A stretch of 64,000 bases of DNA from Anaerolineae bacterium (GCA_016783145.1 JADHXD010000003.1:6437-70436), one strand, 5' to 3'; shown: positions 21,113-30,172, numbered from the stretch's first letter. The notes: generated from the sequence alone by a model not told the origin. Program-made: numbers and translations.

Positions 21113-21141
21113 ATAGTACTGCAAACCAGGGAAAATGTCAA
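21113..21141 (-). promoter_or_regulatory. Sigma70 promoter of the aro leader/operon
   Basis: TTGACA (21141-21136)-17 nt-TACTAT (21118-21113). Confidence 0.75.
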
Positions 21142-21779
21142 ATCTGGATCGGGGCGCGAATCCCACACTGAGCGAGCACATTGATCCACGAGTGCTCTCG
21201 ACCGGCGAGATCCTCGCTTTCCCAGCAAGAGAGGACCTCAAAGCCAGCGTGCTCTACCAGCCGCCGGATCTCGACCGGCGCATAGTAGGCAAAGAACCGG
21301 CGCCGAACATCTTGGCGCTCTACCCACGTCTCTCCCCACCCCCGCTTGACGGAGAGGTAGACGTGTCCCGGGCGCACGGTGCGGGCGAGCTCACGGAGCA
21401 CACCCTCGGCTTCCGCCTTGGGAATATGCAGCAGCGAGGCACTGGCCCAGATGCCCCCAAAGCTCCCGCTGCGAAAGGGAAGGTCTCGCATATCAGCCCG
21501 GATCAGCGGCACCTCGATCCCGCACTTCCGCGCTTCTGCCAGCATCCCCAACGAAAGGTCAACGCCCACCGCGTCAAAGCCCTGTTCGGTCAACCAGACC
21601 AGGTCTTGACCCGGACCACAGCCCACATCGAGCACACGTGCACCCGGATTCAGGCAGCGGACAAAACGGGCCATCTCTCGGGTCAATCGAACGCCAAACC
21701 ACCGGGTCGCATAGACTGCGGCCATCGCATCGTAGGCAGCTATCGTGTCCCAAGTGGGACGGTCCCTCACGGGCCTCAT
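21138..21779 (-). CDS. Class I SAM-dependent methyltransferase
   Basis: VLDVGCGPG, GVDLS, ADMRDLPF, GIWASASLLH; ATGA overlap with pfkA stop. Confidence 0.9.
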   Translation of the reverse strand: MRPVRDRPTWDTIAAYDAMAAVYATRWFGVRLTREMARFVRCLNPGARVLDVGCGPGQDLVWLTEQGFDAVGVDLSLGMLAEARKCGIEVPLIRADMRDLPFRSGSFGGIWASASLLHIPKAEAEGVLRELARTVRPGHVYLSVKRGWGETWVERQDVRRRFFAYYAPVEIRRLVEHAGFEVLSCWESEDLAGREHSWINVLAQCGIRAPIQI

Positions 21780-22762
21780 ACTTCCATGATGTGCGCCAAC
21801 GAATAGAGGCGTTCGTCGATCGGGCGCAGGCGGGCCACGGCCTCCTCAAGCGGCGTGTACGCCACCTGCCCGCCGAGCAAGCCGACGACGTGCCCGCTCT
21901 TGCCTTCGAGCAAGCCTGTCACCGCCGCCGCACCCAGGCGCGTGCCCAGGATCCGGTCGTACGCCGATGGCGCGCCGCCACGCTGGACGTGTCCCAACAC
22001 GGTGACCCGCATGTGGAATCCCAGCTCCTCTTTGCGCTCCTCCAGGTACTGGAGTACGGCCTGCGTGCCCGGCCTGTACCCCTCGGCGACGACGACGATG
22101 CCGTGGGTTTTGCCCCGCATATAGGCGTTGGTCAGTGCCTCGGCCACTGCCGCCAGAGGCGTCGCGACTTCGGGGATCAAGATCATCTCTGCGCCACCGG
22201 CGATCCCGCTCATCAGCGCCAGGTAGCCGCAGTCGCGCCCCATCACCTCGATGAGAAAGGCCCTCTGGTGAGAGGAGGCCGTGTCTTTGATCTTGTCAAT
22301 GGCATCCAGCACGGTGTTCAGTGCCGTGTCCACGCCCACGGCTATGTCCGTGCCGCCCACATCGTTGTCGATCGTGCCTGGCACGCCGATCGCTGGATAA
22401 CCCAGCTTGTGCAAGGCCAGCACGCCGTTCAGCGAACCGTTGCCGCCGATCACCACCAACCCATCGACGGAATGTTGGTTGAGGACACGGATGGCCTGGC
22501 GCTGGTACCGGAGCCCATCGAACTCGGGCAGTCGCGTCGTGCCCAGGATAGTCCCCCCTTTGCCGAGGATGCCCCCCACAGACCGGGCGTCAAAGGGAAC
22601 AAACTCGCCATTGATCAGGCCCGTGTATCCCCGTTTGATCCCCATCACTTCCAGGCCCTTGCTGATCGCCGTGCGCGTCACCGCACGAATGCAGGGGTTC
22701 AGCCCCGGTCCATCTCCGCCGCTCGTCAATACGCCGATCCGCACAATCTTGGGTACCACCAC
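21776..22762 (-). CDS. pfkA: ATP-dependent 6-phosphofructokinase
   Basis: LTSGGDGPG, GGTILGT, PGTIDND, EVMGR, LGHVQRGG. Confidence 0.95.
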   Translation of the reverse strand: MVVPKIVRIGVLTSGGDGPGLNPCIRAVTRTAISKGLEVMGIKRGYTGLINGEFVPFDARSVGGILGKGGTILGTTRLPEFDGLRYQRQAIRVLNQHSVDGLVVIGGNGSLNGVLALHKLGYPAIGVPGTIDNDVGGTDIAVGVDTALNTVLDAIDKIKDTASSHQRAFLIEVMGRDCGYLALMSGIAGGAEMILIPEVATPLAAVAEALTNAYMRGKTHGIVVVAEGYRPGTQAVLQYLEERKEELGFHMRVTVLGHVQRGGAPSAYDRILGTRLGAAAVTGLLEGKSGHVVGLLGGQVAYTPLEEAVARLRPIDERLYSLAHIMEV

Positions 22763-22795
22763 TCAACCTCCTGGTGTCCGTTTCCGCCCCCAAGT

Positions 22796-25096
22796 TCAGG
22801 TCTGCCGGCGGAAAAGCACTCCGTCGCGCGTTCGCATGAACAGAACCGGTATGCCCCAGTCCATCACGTTCAGGTCGGTGGCAAACATCACCGCTTTGCG
22901 CCCTTCAGCCACAGCGGCATCAACCGGCCAACCATCGGCCAGAGTCCGGTAGAACTCGCCGGCAAAGATTGTAGCACTATGCTCAGAAATAGCAAATTGC
23001 ATAGCCAACGTGGCCGAAAGACCAGCGCGCATAAGCTGTCCGGCGATGCTCCTGCCCGTCGCCCCGTGGGCGGTCATGCAGGCGTTCAGCACGGTGAGGC
23101 GGATGGTTGTATCGCGCAGCATATAGTGCAACTGTGTGGCCGAGACGGGATGCGGCTCGCCCTCCTCATCTTCCAGGACCAACATCCCCGTACGCGCGCG
23201 ATCGTCGTATGCCCCGTGGCCGATGTAGTGCAGTACGTGAAAGGGACGGCGTGACATGGCCTGCAAGCTGCGTACGGTCGCGTGATCCAGGACCTCGATC
23301 TCGACCTTGCCCACGTGCTGGAGATAGTCCATGGCCTGGATGATCTGCGCCAGCTCGGCTTCCACGTCGATCGGGTCCTGATCGGCCGGTTCGGCACTGA
23401 CCAGCAGAATGCGCAGCGGCGAGTCGAATGCCAGCGGCGGCGGCTCCTGCTGGCGAGGGTCTGTGTACCTGGTGATTGGCGTCCGTGGGGATAGGGCTGG
23501 GAATGTCTGCGACTCGGGATCGTACAGATATTCCCACGGCAGATCCATCAGGTCGGGAGCCTCGATGTTCAGCTTGAATCGAATCCCTCTGTGGTTCCCA
23601 GCCTCGGCCTGGCAGGCCTGGTACCACTGCTCGGTCTCTGGAGAGCTAAAGAGGGCCTGCCACAGGATCGTGCCCAGGGTGTGCAGATCGTCATAGTGGA
23701 CCTGGCCCTTCTCCATCCGTTTCACGATCGCCCTCAACGCCGGAGACCCGATATCCAGCGCCATTTGGCCGCTTCCGGTTCCCTTGCACGAATCGACTGC
23801 GATCGGAAAGGAGCCTCTTCTGCCGGATCTCGGAGAGATATGCAGGCCAAAGTCCAGGTAGTTCCTGGGATCCACGGCAGGAGGCAGGGGCAACACGTTC
23901 ATCGCCCGTGCCGGTGACCTGTAGGCGCTCGCATCGGGGGCCGGCTCGTCGGCCGGGACGCTGGAAGATGAGAGCGGCACCACAGCGCCCACGGGCATGG
24001 CCTCAAAGTACTGGCGGAAGGCGCGCTCATAGATCCGATTGCGTACGGCACACCACGAACGTTCGCGCTCGACCCCGTCCACCGCCTCGACCGATCTGTC
24101 GCGCCGGAGGGCACCGATCACAAACAGGCGCGCCACGCGTGGATCGATGATGCTAAACGGTACGCTCTGGTTATCGATCATCATCTGGCGCAGGAGATAG
24201 GCGGCCTGGGGATACTTCCTGAGCTGGAGCGTCACGTACCTCAGGTTCTCGTCGCCCTCATACATGCGATCGCTCGCTCGATCCACTTCTCCAGTGGTGA
24301 TCCGCTTGAGCGAGGATCGTTCCCGGTGGCAAATGGCCTCGATCAAAGCACAGATCCGTTGGGTCAGGTAGGGGTGGCCCCCGGCGTGGTGCTGCACGTA
24401 CTGCGGTACGCCCGGGTCTACCGGTCGGACCCGCTCCAGGTTCCGAACCAGTCGCTCGGTGCCCGCAAGGCAAAAGTCGGTCAAGTAAAGGGGCCTGCAC
24501 ACGTTGGCCAGCGGAGAAGTATGCCCGGTGGTCAGTTCATGCAGGTCAACCGCACCGGAGAATACAAAGAGGTACTTTTTGAACGCGTGCTCCGAGTCGT
24601 GCACGCTGCTGGACGAGATGCTCCGCAGCGTCTCAAAGAACCCCATGTTGGAGATGAATGAGCCGACCTCGTCGAGGAGGATGACGATCCGCGTGCCGCG
24701 ACAGTGACGCGCCAGGTCGAGCATGAACTCTCGAAAGCGGACCGGGCCATCCACAGCGCTGGCTACAGCGCGCAGCTTGCCCGGGGTGATCAGCGTCTCC
24801 AGCAGCTCTTCGCGGATCTTGAGCGCAGCATGCGCATAGTTCTGCGCCACGCTGTTCACGCGATAGGCCGAGAGATCCAGAAACGCGACCGGTTCTCCTT
24901 CCCGCTTTAGCTCACGGTACAGGCGATACAACAGCGTGGTCTTGCCCGTCTGGCGGGATCCCAGCAGAGCCACATAGTTCTGCACATATGGCCTGTGCAC
25001 CTCGCGGAGGATGTCTTGCAGCTCTGGCCGCTCGACATAGATCGACTGATCCTGGTCAAAGTCCAGCGGCCCGGTGGTCTTGAACATCGGATTCAT
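22796..25096 (-). CDS. AAA_35-like STAND NTPase fused to a C-terminal CHAT (caspase-like) protease
   Basis: YVER, Walker A GSRQTGKT, Walker B ILLDEV, GGHPYLTQ; CHAT features LPWEYL, HYIGHG, LNAC, AMQF, FAGEFY, DWGIPVLF. Confidence 0.85.
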   Translation of the reverse strand: MNPMFKTTGPLDFDQDQSIYVERPELQDILREVHRPYVQNYVALLGSRQTGKTTLLYRLYRELKREGEPVAFLDLSAYRVNSVAQNYAHAALKIREELLETLITPGKLRAVASAVDGPVRFREFMLDLARHCRGTRIVILLDEVGSFISNMGFFETLRSISSSSVHDSEHAFKKYLFVFSGAVDLHELTTGHTSPLANVCRPLYLTDFCLAGTERLVRNLERVRPVDPGVPQYVQHHAGGHPYLTQRICALIEAICHRERSSLKRITTGEVDRASDRMYEGDENLRYVTLQLRKYPQAAYLLRQMMIDNQSVPFSIIDPRVARLFVIGALRRDRSVEAVDGVERERSWCAVRNRIYERAFRQYFEAMPVGAVVPLSSSSVPADEPAPDASAYRSPARAMNVLPLPPAVDPRNYLDFGLHISPRSGRRGSFPIAVDSCKGTGSGQMALDIGSPALRAIVKRMEKGQVHYDDLHTLGTILWQALFSSPETEQWYQACQAEAGNHRGIRFKLNIEAPDLMDLPWEYLYDPESQTFPALSPRTPITRYTDPRQQEPPPLAFDSPLRILLVSAEPADQDPIDVEAELAQIIQAMDYLQHVGKVEIEVLDHATVRSLQAMSRRPFHVLHYIGHGAYDDRARTGMLVLEDEEGEPHPVSATQLHYMLRDTTIRLTVLNACMTAHGATGRSIAGQLMRAGLSATLAMQFAISEHSATIFAGEFYRTLADGWPVDAAVAEGRKAVMFATDLNVMDWGIPVLFMRTRDGVLFRRQT

Positions 25097-27039
25097 GATA
25101 GCCCCCAATATCCCGGTGCTGCTTGCTCTCCCATTTGATGTCGCAAACTGGTGAGCAGGACATCGACCTCCTGGCTTTCCTGCACGACCTCGGGGAAAGC
25201 GCCGCTCGCAAACCGATACTGCTGCCCTTCTTTGAGCAAGATGCTGTACAGCCGAAGCCCGGCAATGGCCGCTTCCAGAGCTTCCTGGGGCACCGCGAAC
25301 CCGTGTTGGGTCAATTCCTCCTGGATGTCGCCAAAGGATACCTTTTCCCTGTCAGCGATCAGCAGCGTGATCACTTGCTCGAGAGCGCTGGTGTTCCCCC
25401 ACGTGACCTCCAAAAAGTACTCGTGGAAACTGCTCGAATGGCGTACTTTATTCAGGTCAGCCGGGGTGATCTGCCGCGTGTGCCGCGCATTGGCCTCCAG
25501 GATGAGCTGCTGGCACAGGTACTGAACGAGGTTCGGATGGCACGAAGAGAGGTTGATGATCTCGTAAACGACCTCTTCCTGATCCTGGATGGAAACGCCC
25601 ATCGCTTGCATGGGTTCAAGGATGATCCGCCTGGCGGCGTGTTCCCTGAGATAGCCCAGGTGGATGACGTCACAGAAGTTGAACAGGGGCGAATGAGCTG
25701 CGTGTAGCTGGTTGTGCAGCACCCGCTCTCCGCAGAAAACAAACCGGCAGTGTCGCTCCTGAGACATGGCGCGAAACAGGCCGAACAACGTCCCATCTCC
25801 ATGCTCCAGGTCGTAGCTCAACAGGGCATCCACTTCGTCCAGGAGAACGACGACGGGCTCGTCTGCATTCTCCTCCCTCTGGTAGACGACGTAGCGGCGA
25901 AAGTCCTCAGCCGAACGGATCAGCGGATGCACTCTCCAGATCGTGGTCGCCGCCTCAAAGAACGCCTCCGGGGTTTTCACCGACTGGCAGTCCAGGTAGA
26001 GAATGCTGCTGCGGGCTACGCTCTCTGACAACAGGCGGTATACCTTGGCCAGGATCGAGGTCTTGCCGATCTTGCGCCCGCCGATGAGGGCGAAACTGGT
26101 GTCATTGATCTTGCGAGTGATGGTCTTGAGCTCGTGGTCTCGGCCAAAGAACATGTTTGCGGGGACGGGACCGGATGTGACGTAGGGAGAGACGACGGTC
26201 AGGTCCACCTGCTGCAGCACGATCTCGACCAGCCGTTTGCCTGGATCCCTCGCGATGATGATCTGTCGCAGATCGTTCCCATTCAGAACGATAAAGTCGT
26301 GGATCGTGTCGCGCACGAGGTTCTTGAGGTTCTTGCGCGGGTCGAGGTGAACCGCAAAGTCGTTGAGATCGATGATCAGCGCAAAATAGCTGGTCATCGA
26401 GAGGATGCTCATCAGGCTGTGCAGATCGGTCAGGTCTTCTGGAGAACCTTCGTGGCGCCGCACAAAGACAACGGGGAAACGAGGAGGCACTTTGAGACGC
26501 AGCGCTGGGGCCCGGACGACGAATCCGTGCAAGCGACGGTACGTGCGCTGCTCTTCGGGTACGTGGACGAACCCCAGGATGTCAAAGAGTTGGGTGGCGA
26601 TATTCGAAACGACGCTGTGGAAATTCTCTTCGGCATCGACCAGTTCCCACGCTGCCTTCCAACTGTGAAGGAAGGTCTTCATACGCAGGCGGTTCACCAA
26701 CTCGATGCGCGGCAGGCTGTCGTAGAAGACGAGCGCGTCCTCGGGGTGCTCTTCGACGTACCTGCGCATGGTCGCCACCCACAGAGGCGGCGGAACGGAG
26801 GACAGGAAATACTCGTCCACCCACCCGTGCTGCATCAGCGCGTTGCGGATGCTCGTCTCCCAGGCCGGCCATCTATCCTCGGCCGAAGAAGCGGCGAGGT
26901 TTGAAACCGGGCCCGCCCCTGCTCGGCCCTTTGCACCAGACCTTCGCCTGCCGATCACGATCCACGCGATCGCCGCGACCGCGATGGCAACAGCGCCAAT
27001 GACGCCCCAAAGCCCTCGTTCGTTCAATGCCCCCCCCAA
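25093..27039 (-). CDS. Membrane-anchored STAND-like AAA ATPase (TM, unknown alpha/beta domain, P-loop NTPase, probable wHTH)
   Basis: N-terminal TM (LWGVIGAVAIAVAAIAWIVIG-RRR); SPYVTSGPV..FFGR; Walker A GGRKIGKTS; Walker B VLLDEVD; HPNLVQ; RBS GGAGGG 7 nt before TTG 27039. Confidence 0.8.
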   Translation of the reverse strand: MGGALNERGLWGVIGAVAIAVAAIAWIVIGRRRSGAKGRAGAGPVSNLAASSAEDRWPAWETSIRNALMQHGWVDEYFLSSVPPPLWVATMRRYVEEHPEDALVFYDSLPRIELVNRLRMKTFLHSWKAAWELVDAEENFHSVVSNIATQLFDILGFVHVPEEQRTYRRLHGFVVRAPALRLKVPPRFPVVFVRRHEGSPEDLTDLHSLMSILSMTSYFALIIDLNDFAVHLDPRKNLKNLVRDTIHDFIVLNGNDLRQIIIARDPGKRLVEIVLQQVDLTVVSPYVTSGPVPANMFFGRDHELKTITRKINDTSFALIGGRKIGKTSILAKVYRLLSESVARSSILYLDCQSVKTPEAFFEAATTIWRVHPLIRSAEDFRRYVVYQREENADEPVVVLLDEVDALLSYDLEHGDGTLFGLFRAMSQERHCRFVFCGERVLHNQLHAAHSPLFNFCDVIHLGYLREHAARRIILEPMQAMGVSIQDQEEVVYEIINLSSCHPNLVQYLCQQLILEANARHTRQITPADLNKVRHSSSFHEYFLEVTWGNTSALEQVITLLIADREKVSFGDIQEELTQHGFAVPQEALEAAIAGLRLYSILLKEGQQYRFASGAFPEVVQESQEVDVLLTSLRHQMGEQAAPGYWGLS

Positions 27040-27108
27040 GATCCTTCCCTCCTGCAATCCGTAGAGGTACGGTATGATGTGGTCGGTGTATCGTGGCGTT
27101 CGAGCCCT

Positions 27109-27137
27109 ATTATACACCAGAATGTGATTCTGGTAAA
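27109..27137 (-). promoter_or_regulatory. Sigma70-like promoter for the STAND pair
   Basis: TTTACC-17 nt-TATAAT on the minus strand. Confidence 0.55.
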
Positions 27138-27155
27138 AACGCACAGTACTCCGAT

Positions 27156-27184
27156 TTGACAAAATCCGCGTTATGAGGGATAAT
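27156..27184 (+). promoter_or_regulatory. Sigma70 promoter of a small divergent transcript
   Basis: TTGACA (27156-61)-17 nt-GATAAT (27179-84). Confidence 0.7.
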
Positions 27185-27190
27185 GAATCC

Positions 27191-27364
27191 GAGTGTGCAT
27201 CATCATTTCATTTTATGTAGCGTGCACACCGTCGCTATCTTTTTATATAGGAGGTGATGCGCATGGATGGTAGTTACTCTAGGTACACGGTCCGGCATCA
27301 CCTCCGGGTGAATTAGCCGGACCGGCCAAAAGCAGCGCACCCTTCGGGGTGCGCTGCCCTTTTA
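27191..27364 (+). ncRNA. Putative structured small RNA or small-ORF mRNA (17-aa ORF at 27263-27316)
   Basis: Own promoter and terminator; AGGAGGTGAT SD; several complementary segments (27193-204/27253-264; 27250-260/27295-305; 27288-296/27316-324). Confidence 0.55.
27328..27364. terminator. Probably bidirectional Rho-independent terminator
   Basis: AAAA-GCAGCGCACCC-ttcg-GGGTGCGCTGC-ccTTTTT with a cUUCGg tetraloop, between the small transcript and the convergent kinase gene. Confidence 0.85.
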
Positions 27365-27387
27365 TCCCCCTGTACGACGCCTGACCT

Positions 27388-29787
27388 TCACGATTCGCCA
27401 TCGTAGCGCGGCAGCGCAACCCCGAGCATACTGCCTTCCCCTGGTGCGCTCTCTAGCCAGACACGACCCCCGTGTCGTTCGACGATGCTCTTGACGATCG
27501 CCAGCCCGAGCCCCGTCCCCTGGACGCTCTCTGCGAGTTCATTGCGGCCTCGGAAAAAGCGATCAAAGACGTAGGGTTGGTCTTCCGGAGCGATGCCGAT
27601 CCCGGTATCCCTGACCCGGAGGACGGCTTCCTGCCCCTCAAGAGCCACACACACGGCAACCCGCCCCCCCGCTGCGGTGTACTTTATCGCGTTGCTGAGC
27701 AGGTTATCGATGACCTGCCAAAGCCGCCCGAGGTTTCCAAGGACCAGGAGGTTCTCCTGCGGCACGTCCACGTCGAGAACGAGTCCCCGTTCCTCAACCT
27801 GGTCGCGCCAGGTATCCGCTGAACGGGTCACGACGCCCCCCAGATCGCAGGGGGTCATCTCCAGCTCGATGTCTGCTTCCAGGCCTGCCAGATCCAGCAA
27901 GCCACTGGTCAGGTCCAGCAGTCGTGTGAGCTCCTGCCGGGCATTTGCCGCAAAATCCTGCTGCTGCTCGTTGAGCGGCCCGACCTGCTCGATCGCGTCC
28001 AAGAGGCTGTAGACCGTGCTCAGCGGGGACCGTAGATCGTGCGAAACTGCGGCCACAAACTCGGACTTCATCTCGGACAGTTCCTTGATGCTCGTGACAT
28101 CCTGCATCACCGTGACCAGACCGATTCCCGGAATCGGCGTCACCGAGACACTGAACGCGCGATCCCGATCCACGACGATCTCGCCGTAACCGATCTGCCC
28201 GCTGCTCTGGGCCTGATCGAGCAGCGTGGATAGGCTGGGATGGCCGATGAGCTCAGCGAGAAGCATGCCAGTGCCCCTGGTTCGACCGGTGCCAAAGACT
28301 CGATGCGCCGCAGCATTCATCAGCACCACCCTGTCGTCTACGTCCGTGACGATCACCGGCTGCTCGATGCCGCGAATCACAGCCTCCAGCTTGGTCTGCT
28401 CCGCCTTAACCTGGTGGAACAGCCGGGCATTCTCGATCGCAGCCGCTGCATGCACCGCAAGCGCGGTCCACATCGCCCGGTGGGTTTCAGTGAACTTTGT
28501 CTCTGAGTCACGGTGGTCCCCATAGATCGCGCCTATCGGGCCAGAGGCACCCGTGATCGGCACACAGATCGCTGCTCGTGGCTCGAAACCCGTTCCGTCC
28601 TCGATGCGTGTGCGCTCGACGATGGTCAGGATGGGCTCTCCCTCTTCGACCACGCGCTGGACAATGCGGCGCGCAAACCGGAATTCGGGAGCATCCAGCG
28701 TCTCCGGGGCAAGCCCGCGGATCACCCGGTGAGCCGTCTCCTGCCTCCCCTCTCCGAGCAGCACCAGGAATCCTCGCTCCGCGCCCACGATGTGAATAGC
28801 CACTTCCACGACCCTATCCAGGATCAGATCCAGGCGCAGCGTCGAGGAAAAGGTCGCGCCGATCTGCGAGATCGTCGTGCGCTCTATCTCGTTTTCGATC
28901 TCGGCGTGCAGGCCGATGTTCTCCAGCGCGATCGTTCCATAGCTAGCCAGGATCGCAAGCTTGTCGAGGTCGTCCTGCGAAAAAGGATGCGCATGCGCCA
29001 GTCGGGCGACGCGCAGCACACCAATGGGCCGCTCGCTGCTGCAGAGGGGCATATACGCCAACGCAGAGGCGGTGCCACCCTTCGTCGCGGCTCCCGAGGC
29101 AGGAAGGACCTGCGGAGAGCCACTCTCCAGGGCAAGCTGCACCATCGGATCCTGAACCGCCCGGTTGAGGGCACGAGCATGCTGCTGCCCCGCACTCAAC
29201 CGGGAACGGATGTAGACCATCCCCACGTCGGGGTCCTGGAGGAATATGCCGCCGTCGTCCGCGTTCGTGACAAAGACCGCCGCCTCGACCAAACGATTCA
29301 GGACCTGTTGGCGATCGGGCTCGGAGATCATCGTCTGCCCGATAGCATAGAACGTCTTTTGCTCCAGAACCTGCCGCTGAAGCCGCTGCCCCAGGCGATC
29401 TCGCTCTCTGCGCAGCCGGGGTTCCTCCAAGGCCTGCTCTACCGCCGCCAACACCTCCTCTTCGACAAGCGGCTCGCATACGCACGCCCTGACCCCGAGA
29501 TGAAGGGCTCGCAAGACCGCTTCTGCCCTGTCCTGCGGTGCATAGATCAGCACAGGGAGGATGTGTCCGCGTTCCCGCAGCGATTCGAGGACCTGGATGT
29601 CAGAGAAACCGCAGCACCCCAGGCCCAGGATGAGCAGGTCGGGGTGAGCGTCACGGGCTCTCTGAACCGCACCCTCGGCCCTCTCCTCCTCCAGCGTTCG
29701 GTAGCCACGGGGCACCAGCACGCGGTCAACGATAAACCTGCGCGGCGCACACCGATCATCCACGACCAAGACCAGTTCGTCCGCCAA
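27388..29787 (-). CDS. Sensor histidine kinase (atypical REC-GAF-GAF-PAS-HisKA-HATPase)
   Basis: VSHDLRSPL, NAIKY, DTGIGI, GTGLGL; the N-terminal REC has PDLLILG where the acceptor Asp is expected. Confidence 0.9.
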   Translation of the reverse strand: MADELVLVVDDRCAPRRFIVDRVLVPRGYRTLEEERAEGAVQRARDAHPDLLILGLGCCGFSDIQVLESLRERGHILPVLIYAPQDRAEAVLRALHLGVRACVCEPLVEEEVLAAVEQALEEPRLRRERDRLGQRLQRQVLEQKTFYAIGQTMISEPDRQQVLNRLVEAAVFVTNADDGGIFLQDPDVGMVYIRSRLSAGQQHARALNRAVQDPMVQLALESGSPQVLPASGAATKGGTASALAYMPLCSSERPIGVLRVARLAHAHPFSQDDLDKLAILASYGTIALENIGLHAEIENEIERTTISQIGATFSSTLRLDLILDRVVEVAIHIVGAERGFLVLLGEGRQETAHRVIRGLAPETLDAPEFRFARRIVQRVVEEGEPILTIVERTRIEDGTGFEPRAAICVPITGASGPIGAIYGDHRDSETKFTETHRAMWTALAVHAAAAIENARLFHQVKAEQTKLEAVIRGIEQPVIVTDVDDRVVLMNAAAHRVFGTGRTRGTGMLLAELIGHPSLSTLLDQAQSSGQIGYGEIVVDRDRAFSVSVTPIPGIGLVTVMQDVTSIKELSEMKSEFVAAVSHDLRSPLSTVYSLLDAIEQVGPLNEQQQDFAANARQELTRLLDLTSGLLDLAGLEADIELEMTPCDLGGVVTRSADTWRDQVEERGLVLDVDVPQENLLVLGNLGRLWQVIDNLLSNAIKYTAAGGRVAVCVALEGQEAVLRVRDTGIGIAPEDQPYVFDRFFRGRNELAESVQGTGLGLAIVKSIVERHGGRVWLESAPGEGSMLGVALPRYDGES

Positions 29788-29913
29788 ATCGCCTCCTCAC
29801 TGCTACGCCCGCCCTTCCTCTGCCTCCAAGGCACCGAAGGGTGCACAGGAGAGACCTCACACAGACGGGCGCTGCGGTGCCCCCAGGACGGCCTCACACC
29901 TGGGCCTATCCTC

Positions 29914-29942
29914 ATACTATCACATCCCTTCGAGAGCGTCAA
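29914..29942 (-). promoter_or_regulatory. Sigma70 promoter for the kinase at 27388-29787
   Basis: TTGACG-17 nt-TAGTAT with TG extension. Confidence 0.6.
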
Positions 29943-29961
29943 CTACACATAATGCAGACAT

Positions 29962-30081
29962 ACGGCTGTTGCAAAGTCCGAGGAGGGCGCATCCCCCGAT
30001 GCGCCCGGCTTACTGGCGCACCGTCCCGCATCGGGGGATGCGGCACTCCCCAGTCAAGTCAAGCGACAATGCAACAGCCGT
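29962..30081. mobile_element. 120-bp MITE with 12-bp terminal inverted repeats and 11-bp target-site duplication
   Basis: TIR ACGGCTGTTGCA (29962-73) / TGCAACAGCCGT (30070-81); flanking direct repeat AATGCAGACAT (29951-61, 30082-92); internal 16-bp inverted repeat (29988-30003/30027-42). Confidence 0.85.
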
Positions 30082-30148
30082 AATGCAGACATCCTGAAGC
30101 GCCTTTGTCCAGGCGGCAAGTCCCTTGGAAGGTCTTTTGCAGGCCACC

Positions 30149-30172
30149 GTAGGGCACGATTCCATTCGTGCC
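30149..30172 (+). repeat. GTAG-type REP-like palindrome
   Basis: GTAG-GGCACGA-ttccat-TCGTGCC. Confidence 0.5.

Noticed and set aside
27191-27364. 6S RNA, tRNA or SRP identity for the small transcript
   Set aside because: No end-to-end rod with central bubble, cloverleaf or SRP loop motif could be recognised by eye; an Infernal search is needed
8852-29952. Long antisense ORFs (e.g. 8852..10294, 13575..15167, 21638..23254, 28513..29952)
   Set aside because: Shadow ORFs opposite well-supported genes, expected in GC-rich DNA, with no recognisable motifs
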